A stretch of 53,293 nucleotides of DNA, from contig CAUYUJ010000329.1 in NCBI GenBank assembly GCA_963575745.1, forward strand, positions 62,001 through 115,293, read 5' to 3'. The translations under genes and the position numbers were made by a program. This DNA comes from Prorocentrum cordatum. Its lineage: Eukaryota. Shown in pieces: positions 30,442 to 45,470 of this stretch (position 1 is the stretch's first letter; every line of letters starts with the position of its first letter). The notes beneath the pieces were generated by a model. That model was given only the letters and a program-made list of their open reading frames with translations. It was not told the DNA's origin and did not search any database.

Positions 30442-31556
30442 GCATCATACTCCTCATCCTCATCCGCCTCCTCCTCTCCCTCCTCGTCATACTCATCATC
30501 TTCATCCGACCCACTCATCACCACAATCAACATCGCACCACCACGTGTGTCATCGCCCTCATCGTCACCATCGTGGTCGTCGTCGTCACCGTGTCGTCGC
30601 CTTTGTCATTATAATCATCATGACCTCCCCCGGAAATCCATAACAACCCGAAGAGCCCATATATGGCCCGAAACCGCACAAAACCTACTAATCCTCATCG
30701 TCTATCCTCATCCCTCCTCGTCTCTCATTCTCCTCTTCCTCTTCCTCCTCCTCTGCCTCCTCCTCCTCCTCCTTTTCCTCCTCCTCCTCCTCCCTCTCCT
30801 CCTCCTCTCCTCCCTCCTCCTCCTCCTCCTCCTCCTCCTCCTCCTCCTCCTCCTCCTCCTGCCCCCCCCTCTTCCCTCCCCCACCTTCCTTGTGTGGCCT
30901 TCGCCTTTCCCTTTTCCCTGCCCCTCATCATCCGCAGGCATCCTCCTGTCCCTGCTCGTTCGCATCTTCTCCTCGTCCCCCCTCCCTCCTTGTTGCCGTG
31001 ATATGGACCACGGGCGGAGCATGTACTTCGCGTCTCTGGTTTGAGTTTGGCCCGGAGTGGTTAGGCAAGCAGTTGCCAGGGGCTAGAACCAGTTTGCCCC
31101 GTTTTCTGAACGGTTTGCACCCCCACTGCAGGAACGAAGGCGAGCGCGGTACCCAATCTCCTCGGCGAGATGTCAATTACTTGTGCTATGCTGCAACCGC
31201 TCCTCCACCTCTCGAAGTTTCACTGCCAGCTCAGGGCATTGAAGGTTTGGTTCAGACGCCTGAGATGGTTGAAGTGATATCCCGCATCGAGGCGAGAGAG
31301 GCTGCACGGCAAGGCGCATCCCACAGCTTAGGCTAAAGTGTTGGCCTCCTCGGTCTTGCCCACTGGCTCGCAGAGGGAACACGTCCTCCACTTCTCGAGC
31401 TCCGCGTTCCGCTCCTCCCCCCTCCGCCTCTCTCCAATCCGTCCGTCCTCCCCTTCTTCCCTCTTCCCTCCGTCCACCGACGATGAGGTCTGGGTCTAAG
31501 GTCCCTGCCGTGGGCTCACCCTCCTGATTGAGGAGACCTTTCCACGAAGGGGGGAG

Positions 31557-31634
31557 GCTCGGCGGATCCTGGATTGGCGACAACTGCCCGTCCTCCTGAT
31601 CTGGTTCGTGCACGGCTGGATCGCGGGGCTATTG
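31557..31634 (+). CDS. Exon of the nucleotide-sugar transporter ((ARRIL)DWRQLPVLLIWFVHGWIAGLL)
   Basis: TM helix ending G.IAGLL, the segment before VK in SLC35A; TTG|GCGATC GC donor in phase 0 with the exon at 37544. The 5' boundary is ambiguous (AG|G at 31557, or non-canonical 31566-31572). Confidence 0.7.
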
Positions 31635-31974
31635 GCGATCGTCGTCGTCATGGTGGCGGTGGTGGTGGTGGTCGTCGCCATCGTCTTCGTAGTAGCCGTC
31701 GTCTCGTCTTGGTCGTCTCGACGCCATGGTCGTGGTCGGCGTTGTCGTCGTCTTCCTCCTGCTCCTCCCGCTCTTCATGCATCTCCTTCTCCACCTCCTC
31801 GGGGAAGAGCGGGGGAGGAGTGGAAGGGAGACGAGGTGGAGGATGAGGTGGATGGAGGAAGAGAAGGATGGGTGGAGGGGTGGGGAAGGGGAGGGAGGAG
31901 GGTAACGAGGGAATGATGGGGACTTTCGGGTACAGCCGGGGGGGGAACATGAGCAGGTGGTAGCAGGAAGGAGG

Positions 31975-32286
31975 GCGAGGAGGAGGAGGACGAGGATGAG
32001 GATGGGGACGATGCCGCTATTGATGATGTGGATGATTCTTATGATGTGGATGATGACTATGACGATCATGATGCTGCTAATGACCACGACGACGATGATA
32101 ATGTGGATGATGACGACGACGAAGAGGAGGAGGAGGAGGAGGACGGTGATGATGATGATGATGCTGATGCTGATGCTGATGATGATGCTGATGTTGATGC
32201 TGATGCTGATGATGACAATGATAATGATAATGATGCTGATGCTGATGATGACAATGATAATGATGATGATGATGATGATGATGATT

Positions 32287-32330
<44 letters not shown>

Positions 32331-32355
32331 GATGATGATGATGATGATGATGATT

Positions 32356-32423
<68 letters not shown>

Positions 32424-32589
32424 GGTGGTGGTGGTGATGGTGGTGGTGGTGGTAGTGGTGATGATGATGGTGATGGTGGTGGTGGTGATGGTGAAGGTGG
32501 AGGCGATGATGATGAGGAGGAGGATGAGGATGACGAAGACAGAGCGATAGAAAGAGAAAGAGAGAGAGAGAGAGAGAGAGCGCGAGAGC

Positions 32590-32621
<32 letters not shown>

Positions 32622-32626
32622 GAGAG
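31975..32626. repeat. Compound (GAT)n-(GGT)n-(GA)n microsatellite
   Basis: Direct reading. Confidence 0.95.
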
Positions 32627-33848
32627 TTCAATATGACAATATTGGTGCGGTCGCGCAACATGTGACGTCATGCCACTCGCTCCCATACCTCGAGGCGCGG
32701 GCCGACGAGGCCGAGGCGGACCTGGCCGCTGGCGCCGCTGCAGTGCCCGGAGCGGGGGCGCGGGGCGCTGGGGGCGACGCTGCGCTGGCCGCCAGAGCGG
32801 GCCCTGCTGGCGGCGCAGCGCTGCCAGCGCTGGCCGACGCGGACGGCGCCCAGGGCGCGGCCCCCGCCCACGCGGCCACTGCAGTGGAGGATGCTGCTGG
32901 CGCGCCGCCCAGGGGCCTGGGGGCTCGTGTCCAGGCCCTGCGGCTCGTCTACGGGCGCGGGCCCGGGCGAAGGCGGAGCCGAGGCGGCGATGGTGCAGCG
33001 GTGCGGGCTGGCGCTGCAGGGTGCGGTGCAGCGGTGCGGGCTGGGGTGTTGCGAGGAAAATAAAGGTAAACCCTTTCTGTTCACAGAGTCGAATGGCGAA
33101 CAAGACATGGATCGCGAAAGTGCGACTTTGTCCTGAAACGTGGCGCACGCAATAGCGGGAGCGTCTCTTTTGCTCTTGCACCATTGCAGTCAGCGTTTTT
33201 GCGGGAGCGTCGTTCCGTGAGAGGGAGGCCCTAGGTAAATCTCTACATGTGGCAGGCGCTTCAAAGGGAGCTACATGTCTACTGATGCACAATAACTACA
33301 TGCGCTACGGCGAGAGCGTCGTTCCATTGGATAGTTTTTGTCTGGGGAACTTCTGAAACGTTGCAAGCGCCTCAGCAGGAGCACGACGTGCTGATGCAAG
33401 ACTGCGGCCAACGATGCGGCGAGAGCGACGTTCTGTTGGATGGTGGCCTCGGGGAGATCTGCCAATGGGGCCAGCGCTGCAACCAGGGCACACGATCTGA
33501 GCGGCTGCGAACGGGTGAATTTCGGAAAGTTGGATCGGACATTACATGTGGGCAATGTTGTAATTGTTTGCGTTCGCACGTCAAAATGACAACGGGGGAT
33601 AGGCGGCTGCACATGACGGCAGCAAATGGGGAGAGATGATCAGTTTTTCACATTGACGAGCTGTGCGGAAAGGACGTGGAAGGAATACTTGATTGGATGG
33701 GGAATGACTGAGAAGCAGGACACGAGGAGGAGGTGCAAAAGGAGGGGGGATGAATATAGTGTCACAGCGGGGAAGGGAGGTCGGCAAACACGAATCGTAG
33801 TACAGGAATTGTAGTAAGCGTATTAGCAGCGACAGCAGCAGCATTAGA

Positions 33849-36985
<3,137 letters not shown>

Positions 36986-37543
36986 CGCCGAGTGGCCGTC
37001 GGCCCATCCCGCCAACGAGCCTGTGTTGTGGGTCATAGGCTTCATGGATGCTCGTTGGGATGTCGTGTGAGGCCCATCGAGGGCCTCGTGAAGGCAGTTT
37101 TGCAACCTCTTGGGGGGGGGGGCGTCATTGGGCCTGTTGGGGCGTCTTCGGGCCCTTCGGGGGCCTTGAGGGAACCTCTTGGGGCTTCCTGGGGGTTCAC
37201 TGGGACGGAAAGCTCGAATTGTTTGTTCGGACTCGGCGTTGTTGGCCCCATTTGGGGTCATCATGAGACGCCTCTTGGGCCGTTGTGGGGCCTCTTGGGC
37301 CCTCTTGGGGCCTGGTGGGCCGTCTTGAGGCGGTAGTGGGGGCCTCCTGGGTCGTCTTGATTGTCGTGGGACCGAGGAGTCGTTCGTATACGTAGTCACA
37401 GTCGTAGCTGTCGTGGCACAAGCAGTGAACAGCAGCAGGAGGAGGGAAATACGGGGAGGATCAGCAGGAGGAGGGAAGGGATTGTGAGCAGGTTGGCAGG
37501 GCGGGTGAGGAGATGGAGGCAGGAGAAAGAGGAGGAACAGCAG

Positions 37544-37582
37544 GTGAAGCGCTGCTCCGCGCTCATCAAGAACGTGTCCCAC
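37544..37582 (+). CDS. Micro-exon of the nucleotide-sugar transporter (VKRCSALIKNVSH)
   Basis: CAGCAG|GTG acceptor; matches the SLC35A VKYxDNILKxF motif (conserved K...K). Confidence 0.75.
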
Positions 37583-38600
37583 ATCCCAGGGCCGAGAAAT
37601 CTACGCGGTGAAGTGCTCCAGCGCTCGACCACCCACGCACAAGAGGACACGTACGGGGGGAATGCAGAGGAGGAGGAGGAGGAGGAGGAGGAGGAAGAGG
37701 AGGAGGAGGAAGGAGGAGGAGCAGGAGTAGGAGGAGGAGGAGGAGCAGCAGGGAGAGGAGGAGGAGGAGGAGGAGGAGGAGGAGGAGGGGAGGAGGAGGA
37801 GAGGACGAGGAGGAGAGGAGAGGAGGAGGAGCAGCAGCAGCAGTAGCAAGGAGCAGGAGAGGAGGGAGGAGGAAGAGGGAGGAGGAGGAGGAGGAGGAGG
37901 GCGGGAGGAGGAGGGAGGAGGAGGAGGAGGAGGAGGAGAAGGAGGAGGAGAAGGAGGGATGATGATGATGATGATGATGATGCTGATGCTGATGCTGATG
38001 CTGATGCTGCTGCTGCTGCTGATGATGATGATGATGGTGATGGTGATGATGATGATGATGATGATGGTGGTGGTGATGATGATGATTTGTGATTGATGAT
38101 TGATGATTGATGATGATTGGTGATGATTGATGATGATGATGATGAGGAGGAGGAGGAGGAGCAGGAAGAGAAATAGAGTAAATCCAGGTTGCGTCAACGA
38201 TACTGTCGCACACCATCCCGTCCAAAGCCTCCTTCCCATCTGTCCCTGCGAGGATATTCATCCTGGGTTCGTTACCGGGGTGTGGGTCGGCGGTACGGAT
38301 TGAAATTCAACTTATGAGGAATGCTGAATGTTGATCACCTACCCTTCCCACCAGCCAGGATCTGTTTTCCGGCATTGATACGCATCCCCTGGCGCCTGCA
38401 CCCGGGTTCTTCTCAGGGAAGCCCTGCGCGCGAAATTGCGGTGTTGTCCCCGCCTTCCCCGCGCACCACCACATGCTCTTGAAGGATGTCCGTCTGTCCG
38501 AGGTCCAGCCGTAAACGCCCCCAACGGTTTTTTTGATCATCGAAAGGCAGGAGGAGGGCGGAGGAGGAGCACCGCATTGCGGGCACTTATCGGCCCTGAC

Positions 38601-38738
38601 ATACTCTCCGCGCTGGTCACTTACTTCCTGCCGATCATCTTCGCCGTGCCGCACGTGGCCCACTCCTGGCCCGTCACGCTCTCGGCGCTGCTCGTGCTGG
38701 CCGCGGTGCTCGTCTTCGCGACGGTGCCGCTGCCGAAG
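38601..38738 (+). CDS. Exon with the last two TM helices of the nucleotide-sugar transporter
   Basis: ILSALVTYFLPIIFAVPHVAHSWPVTLSALLVLAAVLVFATVPLPK; GC3-rich; AAG|GAGCC GA donor. Confidence 0.75.
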
Positions 38739-39043
38739 GAGCCTTGGAGTCGGCTGGGGTTCTTGGGTGGCCCAGCACTGGTTCCGACCAGCAAGAAAGG
38801 CAGGAAGAGGTTCGAGCTTCTGGGTTCGGAACGGTTTTTTTGGGGGGGTCTTTTCCGGTCTTCTGGGGCCGTTTTCGGCTTTCAAGACCGTCGGACATGG
38901 ATCCGGAGCGAAGAGCTGCACCAGAGGGACTTTCGAAGGGGTCCGGGGATTGATTTTGAGCCGACTTGGCCTCGTCCCCTGTCCTGGCCAATGTTCTGTG
39001 GTCCCAGCCAGTGCAGACCCCCCCCCCCCGCCGCCTCCAAAAG

Positions 39044-39150
39044 GAGGCAAAGTCGGGCCGCCATGTCAGGCCCAAGAGAGCGAAGGGCGGCCAGCGGCTG
39101 GACCTCGCGGGGCGGCTGCTGCCGCGGTCCAACTCGGAGAACGCGCTGAG
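39044..39150 (+). CDS. Exon of the transporter's cytoplasmic C-terminal tail; further small exons probably follow, up to the stop at 39935-39937
   Basis: AAAAG|GAG acceptor in phase 0; EAKSGRHVRPKR...LLPRSNSENAL; AG|GA donor. Confidence 0.5.
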
Positions 39151-40517
39151 GACTCCTGCGTCCTCCCCGCCGCCCCGCCTCCGCTTTGTCGCCTCCCCCC
39201 TCCCTCCCCCCTCCTCCTCCGCCGCCGCCGACCGCGACAGCGCGACGTCGCTGCATCGCACGTGCCAGCGCATCGCGCCGGCTTTCCACAGTGTTCCGCC
39301 AAGTGAGGGTGCAGACGGCGCCGACGCCCGAGGAGCATCGCCTCGGCGGGTGCAGCCGCCCGCGCCCTCGTCTACTCGTCTGGCGCCAGGGAAGACTCCT
39401 CCTCCTCCCCTCTCCTCCTCCCCCTCCTCCCCCTCCTCCTCCTCCTCCTCCTCTCCTCCCCCTCCTCCCTCCCTCCTCCTCCTCCTCCTCCTCCTCCTCC
39501 TCCTCCCCTCCTCCTCCTCCCCTCCTCCCCCTCCCCCTCCCCCTCCTCCTCCTCCTCCTCCTCCTCCTCCTCCTCCTCCTCCTCCTCCTCCTCCTCCTCC
39601 TCCTCCTCCTCGGCGCGCCGCCGAACTCGCGTCCCACGGGGCACCGGAACTCCTCCGCAGGCCTCTGCGAGGGCGGGGCCCGCACCCATGTCTTCGCGGG
39701 GGCACCAGACAGTCGCGTTGCTTGCTGCTCTGCCGCCGCCGTTCGGGCTCGCCTCCAGCGCGCGGAGCCTTCACCTGCCTCCGCCGCCTCGAGCAGGGCC
39801 AGAGGAGGCCCAGGGCGCCGCTGATGCTGCAGCGCGCCCTGCCCGTCCCAAGTCCCTTCATGCTGAGTCAGCGCTGGTATTCTCGACCCAGTCAGAATGC
39901 GCTGGGGAAGCGAGGGCGCCATGGGCCGGCATGTTGAGAACTCAACGCATGTGGCCTGAAATGCGCATCGGCCATCACGTTAACGGCTGACCGCACCAAC
40001 CACGTTACACAGCACAATGACCATAAGAGGCGATCGTCCTCCAAGAGGCTGGTTTGCAGCATATCATAAGCTTGAGTGTTGCATCCGCCAGGCCTCCTGC
40101 CATGACGCATCGTGTAACCCGAGAGAGATGCGGTTGTGTTGTAGATTGGAGGGCAGTGGACGCCTGTGGGTCCTTTTAAGCCCAGTCGACAAGTGGGATC
40201 CAGGCGCGTGCGCCACGTTATCGATTGAACACGAAACATACAATATATCTCACTCGCTGGTAGAAGCTTGAAAAACAATGGGCGCACGAGCGAGAGCTCA
40301 GTTTAAAACGCATGTGCGCTCCATTCTGGCAATTGCGCGCCACGCTTTCGACGGAAGACAAGCATTCCAATCTATATCAAGATCGTTTGTGAAAGTTGGA
40401 AGACAATGTGTGCGGCGCACGTGCGAGAACACGGTTTTGCAAGATATCTGCTTCCCATTTTCCCCAATCAGAGCTTGCCTCTGTAGGGGTCCTAGCGGAT
40501 TAAAGGCTGAGGTGAGG

Positions 40518-40820
40518 TTCGCCGCCGATTCGGTGGCCGGGCCCGGATGCCCCGGTGCCCAGGTGCCCGGGTTCGCCGCCGATTCGGTGGCCGGGCCCGG
40601 GTGCCCGGGTGCCCGGGTGCCCGGGTTCACCGCCGATCCGCGGTGGCCGGGCCCAGGTGCCCGGGTGCCCGGGTGCCCAGGTGCCCGGGTGACGGGTGCC
40701 CGGTGCCCGGATGCCAAGTGCCCTGTAGCCCTATAGCCTTATAGCCTTATATCCCTATCGCTCTGTAGCCCTATAGTCCGTAGCCTTATAGCCCTATAGC
40801 CCAATAGCCCTATAGCCCCA
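40518..40820. repeat. GCCCGGGT octamer array followed by a CTATAGCC-type array
   Basis: Direct reading; GGTTCGCCGCCGATTCGGTGGCCGGGCCCGG is repeated near 40516 and 40570. Confidence 0.85.
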
Positions 40821-41523
40821 AATAAATTCTGATTGGTTTTTTTCTCCGGTATCATTGCAATGGCTGGAATGTGCACGGCTTGTCGTATTACATTCGATGA
40901 AAATTTGAGGAGAGAGCCAGGTCTTGGAAATGCACTCACTGCCTTTCATCATTACAGCTATATCAAATGTCAAGGCTAAGGTAAGACATGACATGACGCC
41001 TCCCGCGAGACACAGATATTGAAACGGGGCAGCCCTCCAGATGTGCAACTGCCGGAGGTGGCCAGATCTGGACCCATACCATGTGCAGAAGTTCTTGGCG
41101 AGATCACGCTGTTGAAAGACACTTGCCTTACATCCACACAGCGTGTGGATTTTAATGTGCATGGTCGTAGAATGGCGGGGTGCCTCAGGCGAGAGTCGCG
41201 TTTCGCAAACCAAATGCCATCCGCACATCTAACTGTTGGAATGTATCAAGACGAACATGCGCGGGGCTTCGGCGGGCGTCACATTTGGAAAATCAGACAA
41301 ATTCTATTCGTGTAGCGATTGGGAAGCTTTCAGACGAATGTGCGCGGAGCCATGGTGAGGGCAGCATTTTCAAAACGACCCAACCCCCATCCGTGTAATA
41401 GTTGTCTATCCAGCGCGTCTTTCTGCATCAGACATCGCCATATCGTCAGACACAGCCCGTTTCAATCGCAAGTCCAGTGTTCGAATCAAACTGGGCCAGT
41501 CCAGTCGTAGAGCCAATCTTGAG

Positions 41524-41557
<34 letters not shown>

Positions 41558-42424
41558 AGACTGCATTGGCGCTTCGCGCCATGCACCTTGGTTCTTAAAG
41601 CTCGGCATGCAGGATAACCAAATATAGCGATGATTCATTGTTGCCGTTTGCGCCATCGTCGTTATAGTAATATTATGTATTATCCTTATACTTCCTCTCC
41701 TCTTACTCGTAATCTTCCTTGTCTGCGAGCCACTCCTTGTCCTCATCCCCAGTTTTTATTGCAGGGGCTCCTCTTTGGAGGTGTTCTTGGGCCCCTCTCA
41801 AAAGCTTTTTGGGGACCTCTGGGGGCCTCCTGGGCGCCTTTTGGGGGCCTCTGGGGGCTTCTTGCGGCCACCTTGCTACCAACCACGGTCTCCCTGAACG
41901 ACCGGGTCACGATTTGGAGTGCTTCGGGAGGCGTCTTGGGGCCATCTGGGGCTGTCAGCGGGGCTCTCTTGGGGCCATCTTGCGGCCCTGTTGGACCATA
42001 TTGGAGCTCTTTTGGACTGTCTGGAAGCCCTTTGACACCGTTGTGGGAGGATTTTTGGGGCCTCTTCGGCGGACTCGGACGCACGGAATACCGAAGAACC
42101 GAATGTCCAAAAATTCAATAAAAAACTAAAGGAAAGTGTTGTTTTTTGCACTTGGAGGACCTCTTGGGGGTCTTCTTTGGGTCGTCTTCGGGCGTCTTGG
42201 GGCTGTCTGGGGCCGCGTGGGGCTCTCGCGGGGCCGTTTGGCCGCCCTCCTGACCGCTTTGGGCCCGCTGGCAAGGCCCGGCAGGGGCGTCCAGGAGGCC
42301 CGGAAGGCCCGGGGGACCCATTGCAAGGCGTCCAGGGGGCCCCAAAAGCGCCAGATCCCGGGGGTCCGATTTTCCGGGGGGGGGGGGGTTCCCACCCCCC
42401 CGGATTGTAAAAATATAGAAAAGG

Positions 42425-42465
<41 letters not shown>

Positions 42466-43280
42466 GTATCGATGTGCCAATGACCCTTGACACGGACACA
42501 ACCTCCACGAGGCCACGAGGTATTTTCTGGCCTACACACGTTGTGGTTGCGGAGCCACGAGAGCAGCCTCGTCTGAAGTTGTGGGTCTGTTGATCCTTCT
42601 CACTTCCCCCCCCTCGCTCGCCGCCAAGTGGTGACGAGAACTGGCTCAGCAGCCGGAGCACCCAAGCTCTACTGTAGGGGGAAGAGGGATGGGGGATCAT
42701 CCGTCCCTCCCTCCTCGCTCCCCTCTCGTCTTCCCTCCCTGCCTCCCTCCCCAGTCCTCCCTCCTCTCCCTCCTCCTCGTCCTCGTCGTCATCCTCCTCC
42801 TCCCTCCCTGCCTGCCTACCTACATCCCTCCCTCCTCGCTCCACTCTCGTCCGCCCTCCCTCCCCTCCCTCCTGGGTCCCCCGCTCGTGGAGAACGAAGG
42901 GGGGGTGCAGTTGGGAAAAGGGGGGAGTACAACAGCTGCTGCGCGCAGTTCGGCCCCTCCGCCGGGCACATTCATTGATACGTGGTCGCTCTCGTCGCCA
43001 GGAAAACAAGCTGCATGCAGCTGATTCGCAACCCGTCCTTTGACTAGCCCTCCCTCTCGTCCACCCCGACCTTCTTTTGCCCCTCCTGCCACGTCACGGG
43101 TGTTCCCCACTCACCGAACCTTGCTCACTTACGGGTTCCAGTGATGGCGGCCCGCTTTTGCTTTCAGGGTACAGCCGGCCCAATCTTTCTCTATTCCTCC
43201 TCCTCCTCCTCCTCCTCCGCCTCCTCCTCCTCCTCCTCCTCATTCTCCTCTTCTTCTTCCATTCCCTCCACAATTCCACA

Positions 43281-44067
43281 ATATGAGTACTACTCTCCTC
43301 TCTCCCCTGATGACGTTCAGACGATATTCGGTCCCCCTCCGCGTATTGTTTTTTACACGGGAGTCCCGGGAACTGGGTTTTCGCTTCTTTCGTTTTTCAA
43401 AGAGTTGCTCCCGCTGAAGCGCTGGTCTCATTTTCGACCTTCCGCTTGTCCGGGATCATGATGCCGCTGCAGCGCTGGCCTCATTTCCGCGCTTCCGCTC
43501 GGTCCTTCCAAATAGGCCCCAAATCTGAAAATTACCCCCAGAAAAAAGCATCGCAAGTGATCGGCGGCGTTTGGAGGAAGTATCAAGCGGGAGCACCGTT
43601 TCTGTTTTCAGAAAGCAATGTTGCAAGAAGAGCCAGCGGGTGCTCTCCATCAGCCCCGCCTTGTGGGGAGCTTGTCGCGGAGCCCAGGGAGCTAAACATG
43701 GAGCCGCGACTCCAGACCGGCCCCAACCCTTCGAAGACTATCCCTTACTTTCCAAGGAACCTGGTGCCCTGCCATGAATGGTTGTGCGGTGTTGTGTTCT
43801 GCGCCGCTGTGCGATGCCATGCTTTGCGTTGCAATGCTTTGTGATGCAATGCCTCACTACGCAGTGCCACGCCATGCTATGACATTCTACGCTCTGCCGT
43901 GCTCTTCTACGCCATGCCATGCCGTGCTCTACGATGCATCGTGTACGCTCTCGCGATCATTGCCCTGCTCGACATCCGACTGTACGAATAGAGAGGAGAT
44001 CTACGCCATGGCAAGGGATGGGAAGGAGGGGTAGGACGTCAGATATGACACGAGCGCACCTAGCTTG
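43281..44067 (-). repeat. Inverted, diverged third copy of the 742-bp repeat family, with a replaced or inserted segment at about 43500-43790
   Basis: The reverse complement matches 27521-28262 at both ends (CTAGCTTG at 44060-44067; ATATGAGTACTACTCTCC at 43281). Confidence 0.85.
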
Positions 44068-44699
44068 CCCCCTCCCCGCCCTCCCCTCCCTCCCCACCCT
44101 CCCCTCCCTCCCCTCCCTGCTGGGCCCCACCCCTTCCCCCGAGGGCGAACCCGCAGCTTCCGAAGCGCAGCCCCCGCGCGCTGGACCAGACGCCGCCAGG
44201 GCCGACGTCGGGGTGGCACTCGACCGGGCTCGACCGCCGCCAGATCTCGGACCCACCCTCCGACTGGCGCCCTCGGGGCGGCAAACACCCGAAGGGGCGG
44301 AGCCATCGCCGACGCAGCCGTTGTCGTCGCCGTCACAGTCGTCGTCGAGGCGTTGACACCGTCGAGGTCGCGGTCGAGGTTGGAGTCGTCCAGGAGGAGG
44401 AGGAGGAGGAGGAGGAGGAGGAGAAGGAGGAGGAGGAGGAGGAGGAGGAGGACCAGTGTAAAACCACGATCGTCAACGATGTTGCAATCAGCCCTCCCTC
44501 CAAGCTCCCTCCTCATGTGCTCCCGTGTCGGGTTCTCGTTTTGAATTGAGCACTGTGGTCTCCACTACACTCTTCCGTCCTCCTCCCCCTCCTGCGTCTT
44601 GCCTCCCATTTCCCGTCTCTTGTCTCCTCTTCATTCTCTTCCTCCTCCCTTCTATCTTTCGTCCTGCTTGCGGTGCAGCCCCGTTGTGATTCTGCCTCT

Positions 44700-45470
44700 C
44701 TCGTAGCCACTTGCGTGGGCTCCTGGCAGACTCAGCGGGGTGGAGCGGTAAACAGACCCAGCCGAGACCTCGCGGGCCATTGGGGCTGCGAAGTGTCCAA
44801 CCGTCGCCATTGTCGTGGGCTCCTGGGAGGCTCAGCGGAGTGGAGTGGTAAACAGACCAAGCCGAGACTTCGCGGGTCATTGGGGGGGTTGCGAACTGCG
44901 CGATTGTCACCACTTTCGTGGGTTCTTGGAGGCTCAGCGGAGTGGAGTTGTAAACAGACCCAACCGAGGCCTCGCGGGTCACTGCTGTGGATTGTGCAAG
45001 TGTCGCCGCGTTCGTGGGCTCCAGGGAGGCTCAGCGGAGTGGAGTGGTAAACAGACCCAGGCGAGGCCTCGCTGGTCATTGGGGGCTGCGCAGTGCGCAA
45101 TTGTCGCCATTTTCGTGGGCTCCTGGGAGGCTCAGTGGAGTGGAGTGGTAGACAGACCCAGCCGAGACCTTGCGAGTCACTAGGGGGCTGCGCAGTGCGC
45201 CATTGTCGCCATTGTCGTGGGTTCTTGGGAAGCTCAGCGGAGTGGAGCGGTGAACAGATACAGTCGCGACGTCGCGGGTCATTGAGGGGCTGCGAAGTGC
45301 GCAATTGTCGTTTTTTTCCGTCGGCCCTTGGGAGGCTCAGCGGAGTGGAGTGGTAAACAGACCCAGCCGAGGCCCCGCGGGTCACCAGGGGGGCTGCGCA
45401 ATGCGGAAGTGTCGCCATTTTCGTGGGTTCCTGGCAGACTCAGCGGGGTGCAGCGGTAAACAGACCCAGC
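44700..45470. repeat. Minisatellite, about 101-bp unit, 7-8 copies
   Basis: CTCAGCGGAGTGGAGTGGTAAACAGACCCAG core at about 44731, 44831, 44933, 45030, 45131, 45233, 45336 and 45439. Confidence 0.9.

Noticed and set aside
29620..31360. Short complex-sequence islands (29620-30200, 31020-31360) as further exons or element fragments
   Set aside because: No recognisable motifs or consistent splice phase.
32662..33063. Ala/Gly-rich ORF as an exon
   Set aside because: Low complexity; the flanking transporter exons join in register without it.
37583..37600. U12-type minor intron
   Set aside because: AT..AC ends are possible, but the ATATCCTT donor and TCCTTAAC branch consensus are absent.
44700..45470. 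Regularly spaced conserved cores resembling a CRISPR array
   Set aside because: The intervening sequences are homologous to each other, so this is a minisatellite; no cas genes, and the context is eukaryotic.
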